32,000 nt of DNA from Synechocystis sp. PCC 6803 substr. PCC-P (GCF_000284455.1 NC_017039.1:3210001-3242000); one strand, 5' to 3'; shown: positions 9,079 to 19,381, numbered from the stretch's first letter. Program-made: numbers and translations. The notes: generated from the sequence alone by a model not told the origin.

Positions 9079-10263
9079 TCAACCCTGGTTAAACTCATAT
9101 AACAGCCAAATTCCCACTCCCAAACCGACAAAATTCGGCAGCCAGGCAGCCAAAGTGGGAGAAATTAACCCAACAATGCCTAAGCTACCACTGAAAAATC
9201 CCAGTATGTAGTAGGCAAAAATAATCACAATGGTTAAACCAAAGCCCGTGGCCCGACTTATCCTTTGGGGCCTAGCTCCGATCGCCGAACCCACCACCGC
9301 AAATACAATGCAAACAAAGGGAAAAGCTAATTTTTGTTCCGTCCTAACCTGAAAAAATTGAGTTTTCTTTTCATCGCCAATTAACTTCAAAATTTTGATA
9401 TAGTCCTGGGCTTCGGCAATGGTCATTTCGTAGGGATCTCGTCCCTGGCGAGCAAAATCAAAGGCCGATTGGGGTAAAGCAATCTGTTTATTGGTGAAGG
9501 GAACCGCCTCTTGATAATCCTCGGTTTCCGTCAAGCGATACACAGTACCATGGAAGAAATCCCAGCGTTTATTGTCATTATTCCAAGTGGCATTATCGGA
9601 AAGCACAATATGTTTAAGATGGTTTTCTGTCCATTGCAATACTGTTAAGTTTTGCATTTCTTTGCCGTCAAATTTTTCTGCATAAACTAAACTTTTTAAC
9701 CGCCGTGCCGTTTGACCATTATCGAGCTTAATTTCTTCAAATTCAGGGTAAAAAACATCCCGATTTTGCCAAAAAGGATGCTCCTCATCGATGGATTCAA
9801 TGAGGATACTGGTAGCTCGATAGTTAGCCACCGGCACTACCCATTCAGTCAACACAAAGGCCCAGCCCGTTACCAGCAGACTCAATACCACCGCCGGCAG
9901 GATCAGACGGTACAAACTTACGCCACAACTACGAATGGCAATGATTTCACAATCTCCACTAAGGCGACCAAAGGTCATCATCGTAGCTAGCATCACCGCC
10001 ACAGGTAAAGAGTAAGCGAGGAACTCCGGAACTTTAAGCAGTAGTACTTCTGCCGCCTTGGCCACTGGGAGATTCTTTTCAACAATTTTGTTGCCTAAAT
10101 CGGACAAATTACCGATCGCCAGCCCTAAACTGGCCACCACCCCGACGCTAAATAAAAATGGGGGAATCAGTTGCCTGGCCACATAGCGGTCCATGAGGGA
10201 AATGCGAGGCAAAGAATGGGGCCACTGCCCCAAGCTGGTCAAGGTTTTAGACAAGAACATCAC
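9079..10263 (-). CDS. LptF/LptG-family lipopolysaccharide export permease
   Basis: 394 aa. MDRYVARQLIPPFLFSVGV, LPVAVMLATMMTFGRLSGDCEIIAIRSCGVS and C-terminal transmembrane helices match YjgP/YjgQ (LptF/G). Confidence 0.92.
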   Translation of the reverse strand: MMFLSKTLTSLGQWPHSLPRISLMDRYVARQLIPPFLFSVGVVASLGLAIGNLSDLGNKIVEKNLPVAKAAEVLLLKVPEFLAYSLPVAVMLATMMTFGRLSGDCEIIAIRSCGVSLYRLILPAVVLSLLVTGWAFVLTEWVVPVANYRATSILIESIDEEHPFWQNRDVFYPEFEEIKLDNGQTARRLKSLVYAEKFDGKEMQNLTVLQWTENHLKHIVLSDNATWNNDNKRWDFFHGTVYRLTETEDYQEAVPFTNKQIALPQSAFDFARQGRDPYEMTIAEAQDYIKILKLIGDEKKTQFFQVRTEQKLAFPFVCIVFAVVGSAIGARPQRISRATGFGLTIVIIFAYYILGFFSGSLGIVGLISPTLAAWLPNFVGLGVGIWLLYEFNQG

Positions 10264-10303
10264 AGATTTTCAAGCTTTTCAATGACTAAAATTCCTCAAA
10301 TCT

Positions 10304-11692
10304 TTAAAATTCTGCATTCATGGGAGTGCGGGGAAAAGGAATCACATCCCGAATATTAGCCATGCCGGTCATGAACTGGACAATGCGCTCAAAGCCCAGA
10401 CCAAATCCTGCATGGGGTACAGAACCATAACGACGTAGGTCAAGATACCACCATAGATCTTCTTCTGGGACCCCTTGTTCCTGCATTCGTTGAGTTAATA
10501 TATCTAGTCGTTCTTCCCGTTGGGAACCGCCGATAATTTCACCAATTTTGGGGGCTAAAATGTCCATAGCAGCGACGGTTTTGCCATCATCATTTAAGCG
10601 CATATAGAAAGCTTTAATATCTTTAGGATAATCCGTCACAATAGTTGGTCTTTTGAACACGGTTTCTGCTAAATAGCGCTCATGTTCCGACTGTAAATCT
10701 ACTCCCCAGGCAACGGGATATTCAAACTTTTGATCCGCCTTTTCCAGTAATTTAATTGCTTCGCTGTAGGTCAACCAAGCAAATTCATTATTAATAATAT
10801 TGTCCGCGGTGGCTAACACTGTATTGTCAATGCGTTGGTCAAAGAATTCCATATCCTCTGGGCATTTTTCCAGCACAAATTTAAAAATGTACTTCAGAAA
10901 TTCCTCTGCCCATTGGCGATCGCCTTCTAGGTCACAAAAGGCCATTTCTGGTTCCACCATCCAAAATTCCGCCAGGTGCCGGGACGTATTGGAATTTTCC
11001 GCCCGAAAAGTGGGACCAAAAGTGTAAACATTCTGAAACGCTAGGGCCATCACCTCCGCTTCCAGTTGGCCACTCACCGTTAGATAGGCCTGTTTACCAA
11101 AAAAGTCCTGACTGTAATCAATGCCCTCGCCATTTTTGGGCACCCTTTGTAAATCCAATGTGGTGACCTTGAACAAATCCCCTGCCCCTTCACAATCACT
11201 GGCGGTAATGATCGGGGTGTGGACCCAGAGGAAACCCCTTTCCTGGAAAAATTGGTGAATGGCGGTGGCACAAGCGTTACGCACCCTCATAACTGCACCG
11301 ATGGTATTGGTGCGGGGGCGCAGGTGGCCAATGGTCCGCAAAAATTCAAAGCTGTGACGTTTTTTCTGGAGGGGATAACTGCCAGGGTCTGCTCCCCCCA
11401 ACAATTCGAGTTTGGTTGCTTTTAACTCCACCCGTTGTCCTTTTCCCGGCGAAGGGGCCAATTTTCCCTCCACCACCAGCGCTGCCCCTGTCTGTAATTG
11501 GGATAATAGGCGATCGTAATCCGCTAAACTTCCATCCAGCACCACTTGGAGGTTAGCCAAACTAGAGCCATCATTAACTTCTACAAAACTAAAATCCTTG
11601 AGGGTTCGTTTAGTGCGTAACCATCCCTGAACCATTACTTGGTCATCGGCCTGACCGTGGCGGAGAACTTCAATAATGCGGCGTTTGTTCAT
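10304..11692 (-). CDS. asnS: asparaginyl-tRNA synthetase
   Basis: Start placed at [13 protein letters not shown] (CAT at 11690-11692), since the ORF track over-extends to 11851. Motifs: [57 protein letters not shown]. Confidence 0.96.
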   Translation of the reverse strand: MNKRRIIEVLRHGQADDQVMVQGWLRTKRTLKDFSFVEVNDGSSLANLQVVLDGSLADYDRLLSQLQTGAALVVEGKLAPSPGKGQRVELKATKLELLGGADPGSYPLQKKRHSFEFLRTIGHLRPRTNTIGAVMRVRNACATAIHQFFQERGFLWVHTPIITASDCEGAGDLFKVTTLDLQRVPKNGEGIDYSQDFFGKQAYLTVSGQLEAEVMALAFQNVYTFGPTFRAENSNTSRHLAEFWMVEPEMAFCDLEGDRQWAEEFLKYIFKFVLEKCPEDMEFFDQRIDNTVLATADNIINNEFAWLTYSEAIKLLEKADQKFEYPVAWGVDLQSEHERYLAETVFKRPTIVTDYPKDIKAFYMRLNDDGKTVAAMDILAPKIGEIIGGSQREERLDILTQRMQEQGVPEEDLWWYLDLRRYGSVPHAGFGLGFERIVQFMTGMANIRDVIPFPRTPMNAEF

Positions 11693-11884
11693 AAACCCCA
11701 AAGAACTAGAGAGAGAGGGACAGTGGGTGCCACTATTAAACCACGGCACCGAGCCAATCCTAGGGTAACCAATCCCGACACAGGAAGCGATTCCCAGCAA
11801 ACCAGACAAAAATCTGACCAACCCAGAAAAAAATATTTTGACCATCAACAATAAGGTGTTATGATGGCTAATCGTGAAAGCAAT

Positions 11885-11966
11885 GGGTCGATGCCCGAGT
11901 GGTTAATGGGGGCGGACTGTAAATCCGCTGGCTATGCCTACGCTGGTTCAAATCCAGCTCGGCCCA
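11885..11966 (+). tRNA. tRNA-Tyr (anticodon GTA)
   Basis: Acceptor GGGTCGA/TCGGCCC with discriminator A, anticodon arm GCGGA-cTGTAAA-TCCGC, long variable arm, T arm GCTGG-TTCAAAT-CCAGC. Confidence 0.95.
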
Positions 11967-11974
11967 TCCCTTTT

Positions 11975-12046
11975 GCCCTTGTAGCTCAGTGGTAGAGCAC
12001 ACCCTTGGTAAGGGTGAGGTCACGAGTTCAATCCTCGTCAAGGGCT
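11975..12046 (+). tRNA. tRNA-Thr (anticodon GGT)
   Basis: Acceptor GCCCTTG/CAAGGGC with discriminator T, D arm GCTC...GAGC, anticodon stem CACCC-TTGGTAA-GGGTG, T arm ACGAG-TTCAATC-CTCGT. Lies 8 nt downstream of tRNA-Tyr. Confidence 0.95.
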
Positions 12047-12256
12047 TTCTAAACTCGACTATCAAGTCTGTTCGATGGCTAAACGGCGATCGGCGATCGT
12101 TTAGTTATCACTATTGGTTTTCACTGTGGGTTGCCATTATCGTACTGGGGTCTAATAATCAGATGAAATTTCCCCATTCCACTCGGCTTGCCCAAGAGGG
12201 AGAGTTTCGATAGAGTAAAATACTCCCATAGTTTTATCGGAACTACAGGTTTAATA

Positions 12257-13162
12257 TTAATTAACTTTGATCATTAAAGTAAAGAAAACTTGTTGGCTAT
12301 TGTAGTCCGCAAAAGATGGAATATAAACTATTCGTAAATTGACTGGAATATCAAAGTCAGTTTGTAGGAAGGGCAACATAAAAGGAAGCACCGGACTGCC
12401 CGATAATTCTTGGAGTTGGGTTGTATGGAGCAATCCAATGGCAGAGCCCACCTGAATGGGACTGGCAAAAATATTTCTTCTTAAACTAAGACCAACGTAG
12501 CCCGCTGGATAGCCAAAATCAGAATCTCTAAAAATATTAAACTCTAAACTAACGATGGAATCTTGGACTAGGTGATTGAAAAAACCATAATTAGGATTGA
12601 TAATTTCAAAATCGTAGGCAGCTCCAGCCCCCATAGGAAAATTATTAACATCCGGTTCTGTGTAGTCTATATGCCAAGAAAAAGGAGAAAGAGCTAAATA
12701 TTTGTCAGTTAAATTCCACCAGTTTACAGGAGAGTCAATGATTGTTTCATTATGATCCAAGTCATGGAGAATATTCTGCTCATTCGTCTGCTGATAACCT
12801 TGTGAAGCAAGACTTAGTTCTAGATTTGAGTGAGGGCTTTCATTTGATACAACAAGATAATCTTCTTTTATTAATATAGGTGAAATGAAAGAGCTTAATG
12901 TTAGGGATGAATTGGAGCTTAATTCAAAATTAGTTTCAAGATGAATGATTTTTTCTTCATATTCTAAATTGCTCGGATCGATTAGAGTATTTTCCTGGAT
13001 TAACACCGGTTTTGAATGTTGATTAATAGGTAGATTGCTTACAGTCACTGGAATATCTTGATCTGAAGAGTTATTTTCTTCAAGATCTATTTCCTGTGCA
13101 TGTATTAAGTTATTTGAAAATAACAAAAGAATTAATTGCAGCAAAATAGCTCTTGCTACCAT
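12257..13162 (-). CDS. secreted/outer-membrane-like protein of unknown function (AT-rich)
   Basis: Start at MVARAILLQLILLLFSNNLIHAQ, a clear signal peptide. C-terminal half alternates hydrophobic/polar and ends IPVNLRIVYIPSFADYNSQQVFFTLMIKVN, like a beta-barrel. Confidence 0.7.
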   Translation of the reverse strand: MVARAILLQLILLLFSNNLIHAQEIDLEENNSSDQDIPVTVSNLPINQHSKPVLIQENTLIDPSNLEYEEKIIHLETNFELSSNSSLTLSSFISPILIKEDYLVVSNESPHSNLELSLASQGYQQTNEQNILHDLDHNETIIDSPVNWWNLTDKYLALSPFSWHIDYTEPDVNNFPMGAGAAYDFEIINPNYGFFNHLVQDSIVSLEFNIFRDSDFGYPAGYVGLSLRRNIFASPIQVGSAIGLLHTTQLQELSGSPVLPFMLPFLQTDFDIPVNLRIVYIPSFADYNSQQVFFTLMIKVN

Positions 13163-13455
13163 TTTTACGTTAGTAACAAAAAAAATGTTATCCTCCCATT
13201 GATTGAAGTTATAGCCAAGAAAAAATAAAATCTTCAAAGCTGCGATTAAATAACTGAAAGTTCACCAGTAAAATGATGATTTCTCGCTAAGTCTTATTAC
13301 TAAAAATCTACTAATATCGGCGAGATTTTTCCAATTCTTCTAACTCGAAAATAGAAAATTGCATAGGCATCTATAGATTTCATGAGTTTCTAATTTAATT
13401 TTTTATTTATTCTCAGTTGAAAGAAATTTGTCATCGCAAAAGCAATACCTAAAAA

Positions 13456-14142
13456 CTAAACTAGGCGGCCGATGTCTTCGTTAGAACCTAGGAGGACTAG
13501 AATCATCCCCCGGTGTAATCGTTCCTGAGGAGGGGGGTTAATTTTAAATTTTTCTTCATGGCCCACTGCCAGAACACTGACGCCATGGTTTTTGCGCAGT
13601 TGCAGTTCGGCCAAGGTTTTATCACAAAATTCTTCGGGGACGAGAATTTCTACAATGCTGTTGTTGGGATCTAACTTAAACCGGTCAACGATCGCCGGGG
13701 TGGTGAGAGTATAGGCTAAATCTTGGCCGGCTTTGTGCTCGGGAAAAATAATTAAATCAACCCCCAGGCGCTTGAGGATTTTTTCGTGGGTGTCGGAAGA
13801 AACCTTAGCTACAACCGATTTTACGCCCCCTTCCTTGAGGTTAAGACAGGTAATGATACTTTCTTTGAGGTAATTACCAATCGCCACAATCACCGTTTCA
13901 ATCTCAAAAATGCCAGCCTCCCGTAGGGCCGTATCATCGGTGGAATCGAGACTAATGGCGTTACCCACCACCCGATCCGCCAACACTTCCGCCACCAGTT
14001 TGGGATCTTGGTCAATGCCCAACACCTCATAGCCATTGACATGGAGAGTTTCGCACACTGCCCGACCAAACCGACCCAGGCCAATCACCGCAAATTGCCG
14101 TTTTTCCTGGCGAATTAAACTGAGAAAATGACTAGTTTTCAT
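13456..14142 (-). CDS. ktrA: K+ uptake regulatory NAD-binding subunit (KtrA/TrkA type)
   Basis: FAVIGLGRFGRAVCETLHVNGYEVLGIDQDP Rossmann motif plus RCK_C region (VEILVPEEFCDKTLAEL...). Confidence 0.88.
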   Translation of the reverse strand: MKTSHFLSLIRQEKRQFAVIGLGRFGRAVCETLHVNGYEVLGIDQDPKLVAEVLADRVVGNAISLDSTDDTALREAGIFEIETVIVAIGNYLKESIITCLNLKEGGVKSVVAKVSSDTHEKILKRLGVDLIIFPEHKAGQDLAYTLTTPAIVDRFKLDPNNSIVEILVPEEFCDKTLAELQLRKNHGVSVLAVGHEEKFKINPPPQERLHRGMILVLLGSNEDIGRLV

Positions 14143-14167
14143 TAATTTTCTTCTGAATTGAGCGGCA

Positions 14168-15094
14168 TTAAACTAAACCCAAAAGGGCCACCATGAGGGC
14201 TTTTTGGGCGTGCATGCGATTTTCCGCTTGGTCCCACAGTCGGGATTGCGGGCCTTCCATAACAGCGTCAGTAATTTCTTCCCCCCGGTGAGCCGGCAGA
14301 CAGTGGAGCACAATGGCTTCGGGATCGGCCAAGGCAAGGAGTTCTTGGTTAATCTGGTAGGGCTGGAAAATGGGAATGCGACTGTCGGCTAAATCTTCCT
14401 GGCCCATGCTGGCCCACACATCGGTGTAGAGGATATGACTTCCCTGGGCGGCGGCTTTGGGATCGTCGGTTAGTTCCACTTTTCCCCCTGGAGCCGCAAT
14501 TTGTTGGGCTTGTTGAACAATTTCTGCCAAGGGTTCATAGTTCTTCGGGGTAGCCACCCGCACCGTCATGCCCATCATTACCCCACCGAGAATGAGGGAA
14601 TGGGCGACATTGTTGCCGTCCCCTAGATAAGTCACCGTTAAGCCTTCCAATTTGCCGAAACATTCCTTGATGGTTTGTAAATCGGCCAAAATTTGGCAGG
14701 GATGCTCCAAGTCGCTCAGGGCATTGATGATGGGCATTTTGGCATGGTCAGCAAAGGTTTGCAGATCTGTCTGTTTGAAAGTCCGCACCGCCAGGATATC
14801 AATGTAGCGGTCTAATACCCTAGCGGTATCCTGAATCGGCTCTCCCCGACCCACTTGGGTCACGCTGGGGTTTAAATCCAATACCTGCCCTCCCAGTTGA
14901 TACATGGCCGCGGTGAAGGAAACCCTGGTACGGGTGGAGGCTTTGTAAAACAGTAAACCGAGAATTTTCCGACAGTGGGGCTTGAGCACACCGGATTTAA
15001 GATCCGCCGCCAACTGCAAGAGTGATTTCATCTCTTCGATGGTCAAATCGGCGATCGCCAATAGATCCCTGCCCGCCAACGCCTTAATGCCCAT
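14168..15094 (-). CDS. argF: ornithine carbamoyltransferase
   Basis: FYKASTRTRVSFTAAMYQLGG (carbamoyl phosphate site), HPCQILAD, and VLHCLPAHRGEEI. Confidence 0.97.
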   Translation of the reverse strand: MGIKALAGRDLLAIADLTIEEMKSLLQLAADLKSGVLKPHCRKILGLLFYKASTRTRVSFTAAMYQLGGQVLDLNPSVTQVGRGEPIQDTARVLDRYIDILAVRTFKQTDLQTFADHAKMPIINALSDLEHPCQILADLQTIKECFGKLEGLTVTYLGDGNNVAHSLILGGVMMGMTVRVATPKNYEPLAEIVQQAQQIAAPGGKVELTDDPKAAAQGSHILYTDVWASMGQEDLADSRIPIFQPYQINQELLALADPEAIVLHCLPAHRGEEITDAVMEGPQSRLWDQAENRMHAQKALMVALLGLV

Positions 15095-15206
15095 AGCCGT
15101 TATCCCCGATTGTCCAATGTGGTGGTCGAATTAACATCGATCGAATTAAGCCCCATTTTGCCATACTCGGTTAATGGTCTTGGGGGGATGGCAGTGATGT
15201 CAGAAA

Positions 15207-15737
15207 TCACTGATTTTGCTGGTCCAGATAGGCCCTGTAGCCCAGTCGCTCCAACTCCGCTTGTTTGTCCAAAACCATGGTTTCTAGACTTTGGCGATAT
15301 TGCTGTACTTTTTCCAACAGCACGGGATTATGGCTAGCCAGTATTTGCACCGCCAATAACCCCGCATTTTTGGCATTACCGATCGCCACGGTAGCTACAG
15401 GTATTCCCCCCGGCATTTGCACAATGGAATAGAGGGAATCCACTCCCTGTAAGGTTTTAGTCTGCACCGGCACACCGATGACTGGTAAAGGGGTCAGGGC
15501 CGCCACCATGCCCGGTAAATGGGCCGCTCCCCCAGCCCCGGCAATAATTATCCGCAAGCCCCGCTGGTGGGCAGTTTGGGCATACTCCACCATTCTTTCC
15601 GGGGTGCGATGGGCAGAGATAATGGCCACCTCCGTTGGTACGGCAAATTCTTCACAGACGGCGATCGCCGCTGCCATGGTGGGGAGATCGGAATCGCTTC
15701 CCATGATGATGCCGACCAGGGGAGAGGGGGAAGTCAT
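15207..15737 (-). CDS. purE: N5-carboxyaminoimidazole ribonucleotide mutase
   Basis: [72 protein letters not shown]. Confidence 0.97.
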   Translation of the reverse strand: MTSPSPLVGIIMGSDSDLPTMAAAIAVCEEFAVPTEVAIISAHRTPERMVEYAQTAHQRGLRIIIAGAGGAAHLPGMVAALTPLPVIGVPVQTKTLQGVDSLYSIVQMPGGIPVATVAIGNAKNAGLLAVQILASHNPVLLEKVQQYRQSLETMVLDKQAELERLGYRAYLDQQNQ

Positions 15738-15837
15738 AAATTAAATTGAGATGACGAAGATGGAGGTTTGACTTTAAACTGAGGCTAACCGCTAATAGCG
15801 TATCGGAAAATCTTCAAGATCCCAAGGAAAGATTTTT

Positions 15838-16203
15838 ATGTCAGTGAACAGCATCCATTTGGTGGGAAGGGCCGGCCGTGACCCTGAAGTTAAATATTTT
15901 GAGTCCGGTAATGTAGTTTGTAACTTCACCCTGGCGGTGAATCGACGCACAAGCAAAAAGGATGAACCCCCCGATTGGTTTGACCTGGAAATTTGGGGTA
16001 AAACTGCTGAAATAGCCGGTAACTACGTCAAAAAAGGCAGTTTGATTGGTATCCAAGGATCGTTAAAGTTTGACCATTGGGAAGACCGGAACTCCGGTAC
16101 TCCTCGTTCCAAGCCAGTGATCCGGGTCAATAATTTGGATTTACTCGGCTCTAAGCGGGACAACGCCGAAGCCACCATGAATAATTACCCCGAAGAGTTC
16201 TAA
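15838..16203 (+). CDS. ssb: single-stranded DNA-binding protein (short cyanobacterial form)
   Basis: 121 aa OB-fold signature: NSIHLVGRAGRDPEVKYFESGNVVCNFTLAVNR...WFDLEIWGKTAEIAGNYVKKGSLIGIQGSL. Confidence 0.9.
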   Translation: MSVNSIHLVGRAGRDPEVKYFESGNVVCNFTLAVNRRTSKKDEPPDWFDLEIWGKTAEIAGNYVKKGSLIGIQGSLKFDHWEDRNSGTPRSKPVIRVNNLDLLGSKRDNAEATMNNYPEEF

Positions 16204-16290
16204 TCATCGGCCCCATTCACCCCATTGGTAAACTACGGCGATCGCCATTGCTAGCCGAATTTTTCCATCCCTTACCCATGCCAGAACCCC

Positions 16291-16521
16291 ATGGAAGTCT
16301 TTGACCCCACTCCTCCCCCTTGGGTTGAGGATACTGTTCATGCCAGGGGTTTTTGTTGTCCCCAATGCCAAGCTGGCCCCCGTCAGGCCCTCCGGGCTTG
16401 GATCAATCGGCGATCGCCAGTGTTGGGGGATGATCGACGGCGCAAATGGCAGGAATTTTACCAGTGTGAATGTGGTCAGGGTTGGTGGGCCTGGAGCAGT
16501 GACCGCCCCCCTTCCCCCTAG
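16291..16521 (+). CDS. small cysteine-pair (zinc-ribbon-like) protein
   Basis: 76 aa: FCCPQCQAG...FYQCECGQGWWAW, fitting a two-knuckle metal-binding fold. Co-directional between ssb and the ubiA-type gene. Confidence 0.6.
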   Translation: MEVFDPTPPPWVEDTVHARGFCCPQCQAGPRQALRAWINRRSPVLGDDRRRKWQEFYQCECGQGWWAWSSDRPPSP

Positions 16522-16539
16522 TAGTCCTTTAATTTTTCT

Positions 16540-17418
16540 ATGGTTGCCCAAACCCCATCTTCCCCGCCCCTCTGGTTAACAATCATTTACCTGTTGCGCT
16601 GGCATAAACCCGCCGGCCGACTGATTTTAATGATTCCGGCGCTGTGGGCAGTGTGTTTAGCGGCCCAAGGTCTACCACCCCTACCCCTACTAGGCACCAT
16701 TGCTTTGGGAACTTTGGCCACCAGTGGTTTAGGCTGTGTGGTCAATGACCTATGGGACCGGGATATTGATCCCCAGGTAGAGCGCACTAAGCAACGGCCT
16801 CTGGCGGCCCGGGCTCTCTCGGTGCAAGTGGGCATTGGAGTGGCGTTAGTAGCCCTACTGTGTGCGGCGGGGCTAGCCTTTTACCTCACTCCCCTCAGTT
16901 TCTGGCTTTGTGTGGCGGCGGTGCCGGTCATTGTTGCTTACCCTGGTGCGAAAAGGGTTTTCCCTGTACCCCAGTTAGTACTGTCAATTGCTTGGGGTTT
17001 TGCTGTGCTAATTAGTTGGAGTGCAGTCACGGGGGATTTGACCGATGCCACCTGGGTGCTGTGGGGGGCCACCGTGTTTTGGACCCTCGGTTTTGACACT
17101 GTTTACGCCATGGCGGATCGAGAAGATGACCGCCGCATTGGGGTTAACTCCAGTGCCCTGTTTTTTGGCCAGTACGTCGGGGAAGCGGTGGGGATATTTT
17201 TCGCCCTCACCATTGGCTGTTTATTTTATTTGGGCATGATTCTAATGCTCAATCCCCTCTATTGGCTCAGCTTGGCGATCGCCATTGTGGGTTGGGTGAT
17301 CCAATACATCCAACTCAGTGCCCCCACGCCGGAACCGAAACTATACGGTCAAATTTTTGGACAAAACGTCATCATTGGCTTTGTGTTACTAGCTGGAATG
17401 TTACTGGGCTGGCTTTGA
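16540..17418 (+). CDS. ubiA: 4-hydroxybenzoate polyprenyltransferase family (UbiA-type)
   Basis: VVNDLWDRDIDPQVERTKQRPLAARAL (NDxxDxxxD) and MADREDDRRIGVNSSAL (DxxxD) motifs, multiple transmembrane helices. Confidence 0.92.
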   Translation: MVAQTPSSPPLWLTIIYLLRWHKPAGRLILMIPALWAVCLAAQGLPPLPLLGTIALGTLATSGLGCVVNDLWDRDIDPQVERTKQRPLAARALSVQVGIGVALVALLCAAGLAFYLTPLSFWLCVAAVPVIVAYPGAKRVFPVPQLVLSIAWGFAVLISWSAVTGDLTDATWVLWGATVFWTLGFDTVYAMADREDDRRIGVNSSALFFGQYVGEAVGIFFALTIGCLFYLGMILMLNPLYWLSLAIAIVGWVIQYIQLSAPTPEPKLYGQIFGQNVIIGFVLLAGMLLGWL

Positions 17419-17593
17419 CATGTAACTATGCTCCAATCCCTTTCGCACTGGCAGATTCCCAGAATTTCCTTTACAATGGATAACATTAAGAAAAATTAAG
17501 ATTTCCCGGTTCTTTCTCATTTTTGTCCCAACAACGGGCAAAACCATGGGTCGGCGATCGGGAGAGAAAATTTTCCTTCGTAATTATTATTTT

Positions 17594-17597
17594 GGAG
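17594..17597 (+). promoter_or_regulatory. Shine-Dalgarno-like GGAG upstream of psbD
   Basis: TTTTGGAGATTTTGCGCCATG, with GGAG 10 nt before the ATG at 17608. Confidence 0.65.
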
Positions 17598-17607
17598 ATT
17601 TTGCGCC

Positions 17608-18666
17608 ATGACCATTGCAGTCGGACGCGCCCCAGTCGAAAGAGGATGGTTTGATGTCCTCGACGATTGGCTAAAGCGTGATCGTTTCGTATTTATCGGT
17701 TGGTCTGGTTTGCTACTCTTCCCCTGCGCCTTCATGGCCCTGGGGGGATGGTTAACCGGCACCACCTTCGTTACTTCCTGGTACACCCACGGTCTAGCCA
17801 GTTCCTACCTGGAAGGGGCTAACTTTTTGACCGTGGCGGTCTCTTCCCCCGCCGATGCCTTCGGCCATTCCCTCCTGTTCCTGTGGGGACCGGAAGCTCA
17901 AGGTAACCTGACCCGCTGGTTCCAAATTGGTGGTTTGTGGCCCTTCGTTGCCCTCCACGGTGCCTTTGGATTGATTGGCTTCATGCTGCGTCAGTTCGAA
18001 ATTTCCCGTCTGGTAGGCATTCGTCCCTACAACGCCATCGCTTTCTCTGGTCCCATTGCGGTATTTGTCAGCGTCTTTCTGATGTACCCCTTGGGTCAAT
18101 CGAGTTGGTTCTTTGCTCCCAGCTTTGGGGTAGCGGGAATCTTCCGGTTTATTTTGTTCCTACAAGGTTTCCACAACTGGACCCTGAACCCCTTCCACAT
18201 GATGGGAGTAGCCGGTATTCTCGGTGGTGCCCTACTGTGTGCCATCCACGGTGCCACGGTGGAAAACACCCTGTTTGAAGACGGTGAAGATTCCAACACC
18301 TTCCGGGCGTTTGAACCTACCCAAGCGGAAGAAACCTACTCCATGGTGACTGCCAACCGTTTCTGGTCTCAGATTTTCGGTATTGCTTTCTCCAACAAAC
18401 GGTGGCTGCACTTCTTCATGTTGTTCGTTCCCGTAACTGGTTTGTGGATGAGTTCTGTGGGTATCGTCGGTTTGGCGTTGAACCTACGGGCTTATGACTT
18501 CGTTTCCCAGGAACTGCGGGCTGCTGAAGATCCGGAATTTGAAACGTTTTATACGAAAAACATTTTGTTGAACGAAGGGATGCGCGCCTGGATGGCTCCC
18601 CAAGATCAACCCCATGAAAACTTTATCTTCCCTGAGGAAGTACTGCCCCGGGGTAATGCTCTCTAA
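17608..18666 (+). CDS. psbD: photosystem II reaction centre protein D2
   Basis: 352 aa: [42 protein letters not shown]... to ...[13 protein letters not shown]. No psbC follows, so it corresponds to the monocistronic psbD copy. Confidence 0.99.
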
Positions 18667-18750
18667 AGGTTTTGCAAAACAGTTATCACTCGAAGAAATG
18701 ACTAAAAAACAAAACTAATTGAGCAAAACATCATCAATTAGCTAAAGTTG

Positions 18751-18775
18751 GGAGAGTGTTACAGCTCTCCTTTTT
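18751..18775 (+). terminator. Rho-independent-type terminator downstream of psbD
   Basis: GGAGAG-tgttacag-CTCTCC followed by TTTTT, 85 nt after the psbD stop codon. Confidence 0.7.
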
Positions 18776-18790
18776 CTTTTGCCCTAGCCG

Positions 18791-19378
18791 ATGATTATTG
18801 CCATCACTGCCCTCAAAGGGGGCGTTGGGAAAACCACCACCGCTGTCCACCTGGCAGCCTATCTGCAACAAAAGGATCAAACATTGCTGATTGATGCGGA
18901 CCGTAACCGTTCGGCATTAATCTGGGCGAGGGAAGAAAAATTACCCTTCTACGTTGCTTCCCAAGCGGGCTCCACCGCATTAATCCGTAAGTATCCCCAC
19001 ATTGTGGTGGACACTAGAGCCATGCCAGAGTTGGATGAATTTCGGGATTTGGCAGAGGGGAGCGATTTATTGATTATTCCCACCACTCCCAACCATTTGG
19101 ATTTAGATGCCACTTTAAAGGCGGCGGAGCAATTGGCCTCCCTCAAGGTTAACTACAAAATTTTGTTAACCAAGGTAGATGCCCGTACCCGTAGTGGTCG
19201 CGAAGCAAGGCAATTATTACAGGCGGAAAATTTACCTCTGTTCACAACGGAAATTCCCCTATTGGTGGCCTTTGAGCGGGCTTCCCAGTCGGGGGTAATT
19301 ATTCGAGATTACGTTGATCCCCGTTCCCATTTGGCCTGGGGGCGCTATAAGGCGGTGGGCCGGGAAATTTTACCCTAG
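18791..19378 (+). CDS. ParA/MinD-family ATPase (orphan, small)
   Basis: Deviant Walker A ALKGGVGKTTTAVHLAAYL, IVVDTRA, LTKVDARTRSGREA. 195 aa, no adjacent parB. Confidence 0.9.
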   Translation: MIIAITALKGGVGKTTTAVHLAAYLQQKDQTLLIDADRNRSALIWAREEKLPFYVASQAGSTALIRKYPHIVVDTRAMPELDEFRDLAEGSDLLIIPTTPNHLDLDATLKAAEQLASLKVNYKILLTKVDARTRSGREARQLLQAENLPLFTTEIPLLVAFERASQSGVIIRDYVDPRSHLAWGRYKAVGREILP

Positions 19379-19381
19379 ACT

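Noticed and set aside
11868-12065. Minus-strand ORF LTRIELVTSPLPRVCSTTELQGQKGWAELDLNQRRHSQRIYSPPPL...
   Set aside because: It is the antisense translation of tRNA-Tyr and tRNA-Thr; AELDLNQRRHSQRIYSPPPL-type peptides are a classic false call.
11989-12213. Plus-strand ORF MVEHTLGKGEVTSSILVKGF...
   Set aside because: Starts inside tRNA-Thr and runs into the intergenic region, with no coding signature.
12200-12232. Imperfect hairpin GGGAGAGTTTCG...AAAATACTCCC as a terminator
   Set aside because: Only about 5 bp of stem with a large loop and no T-tract.
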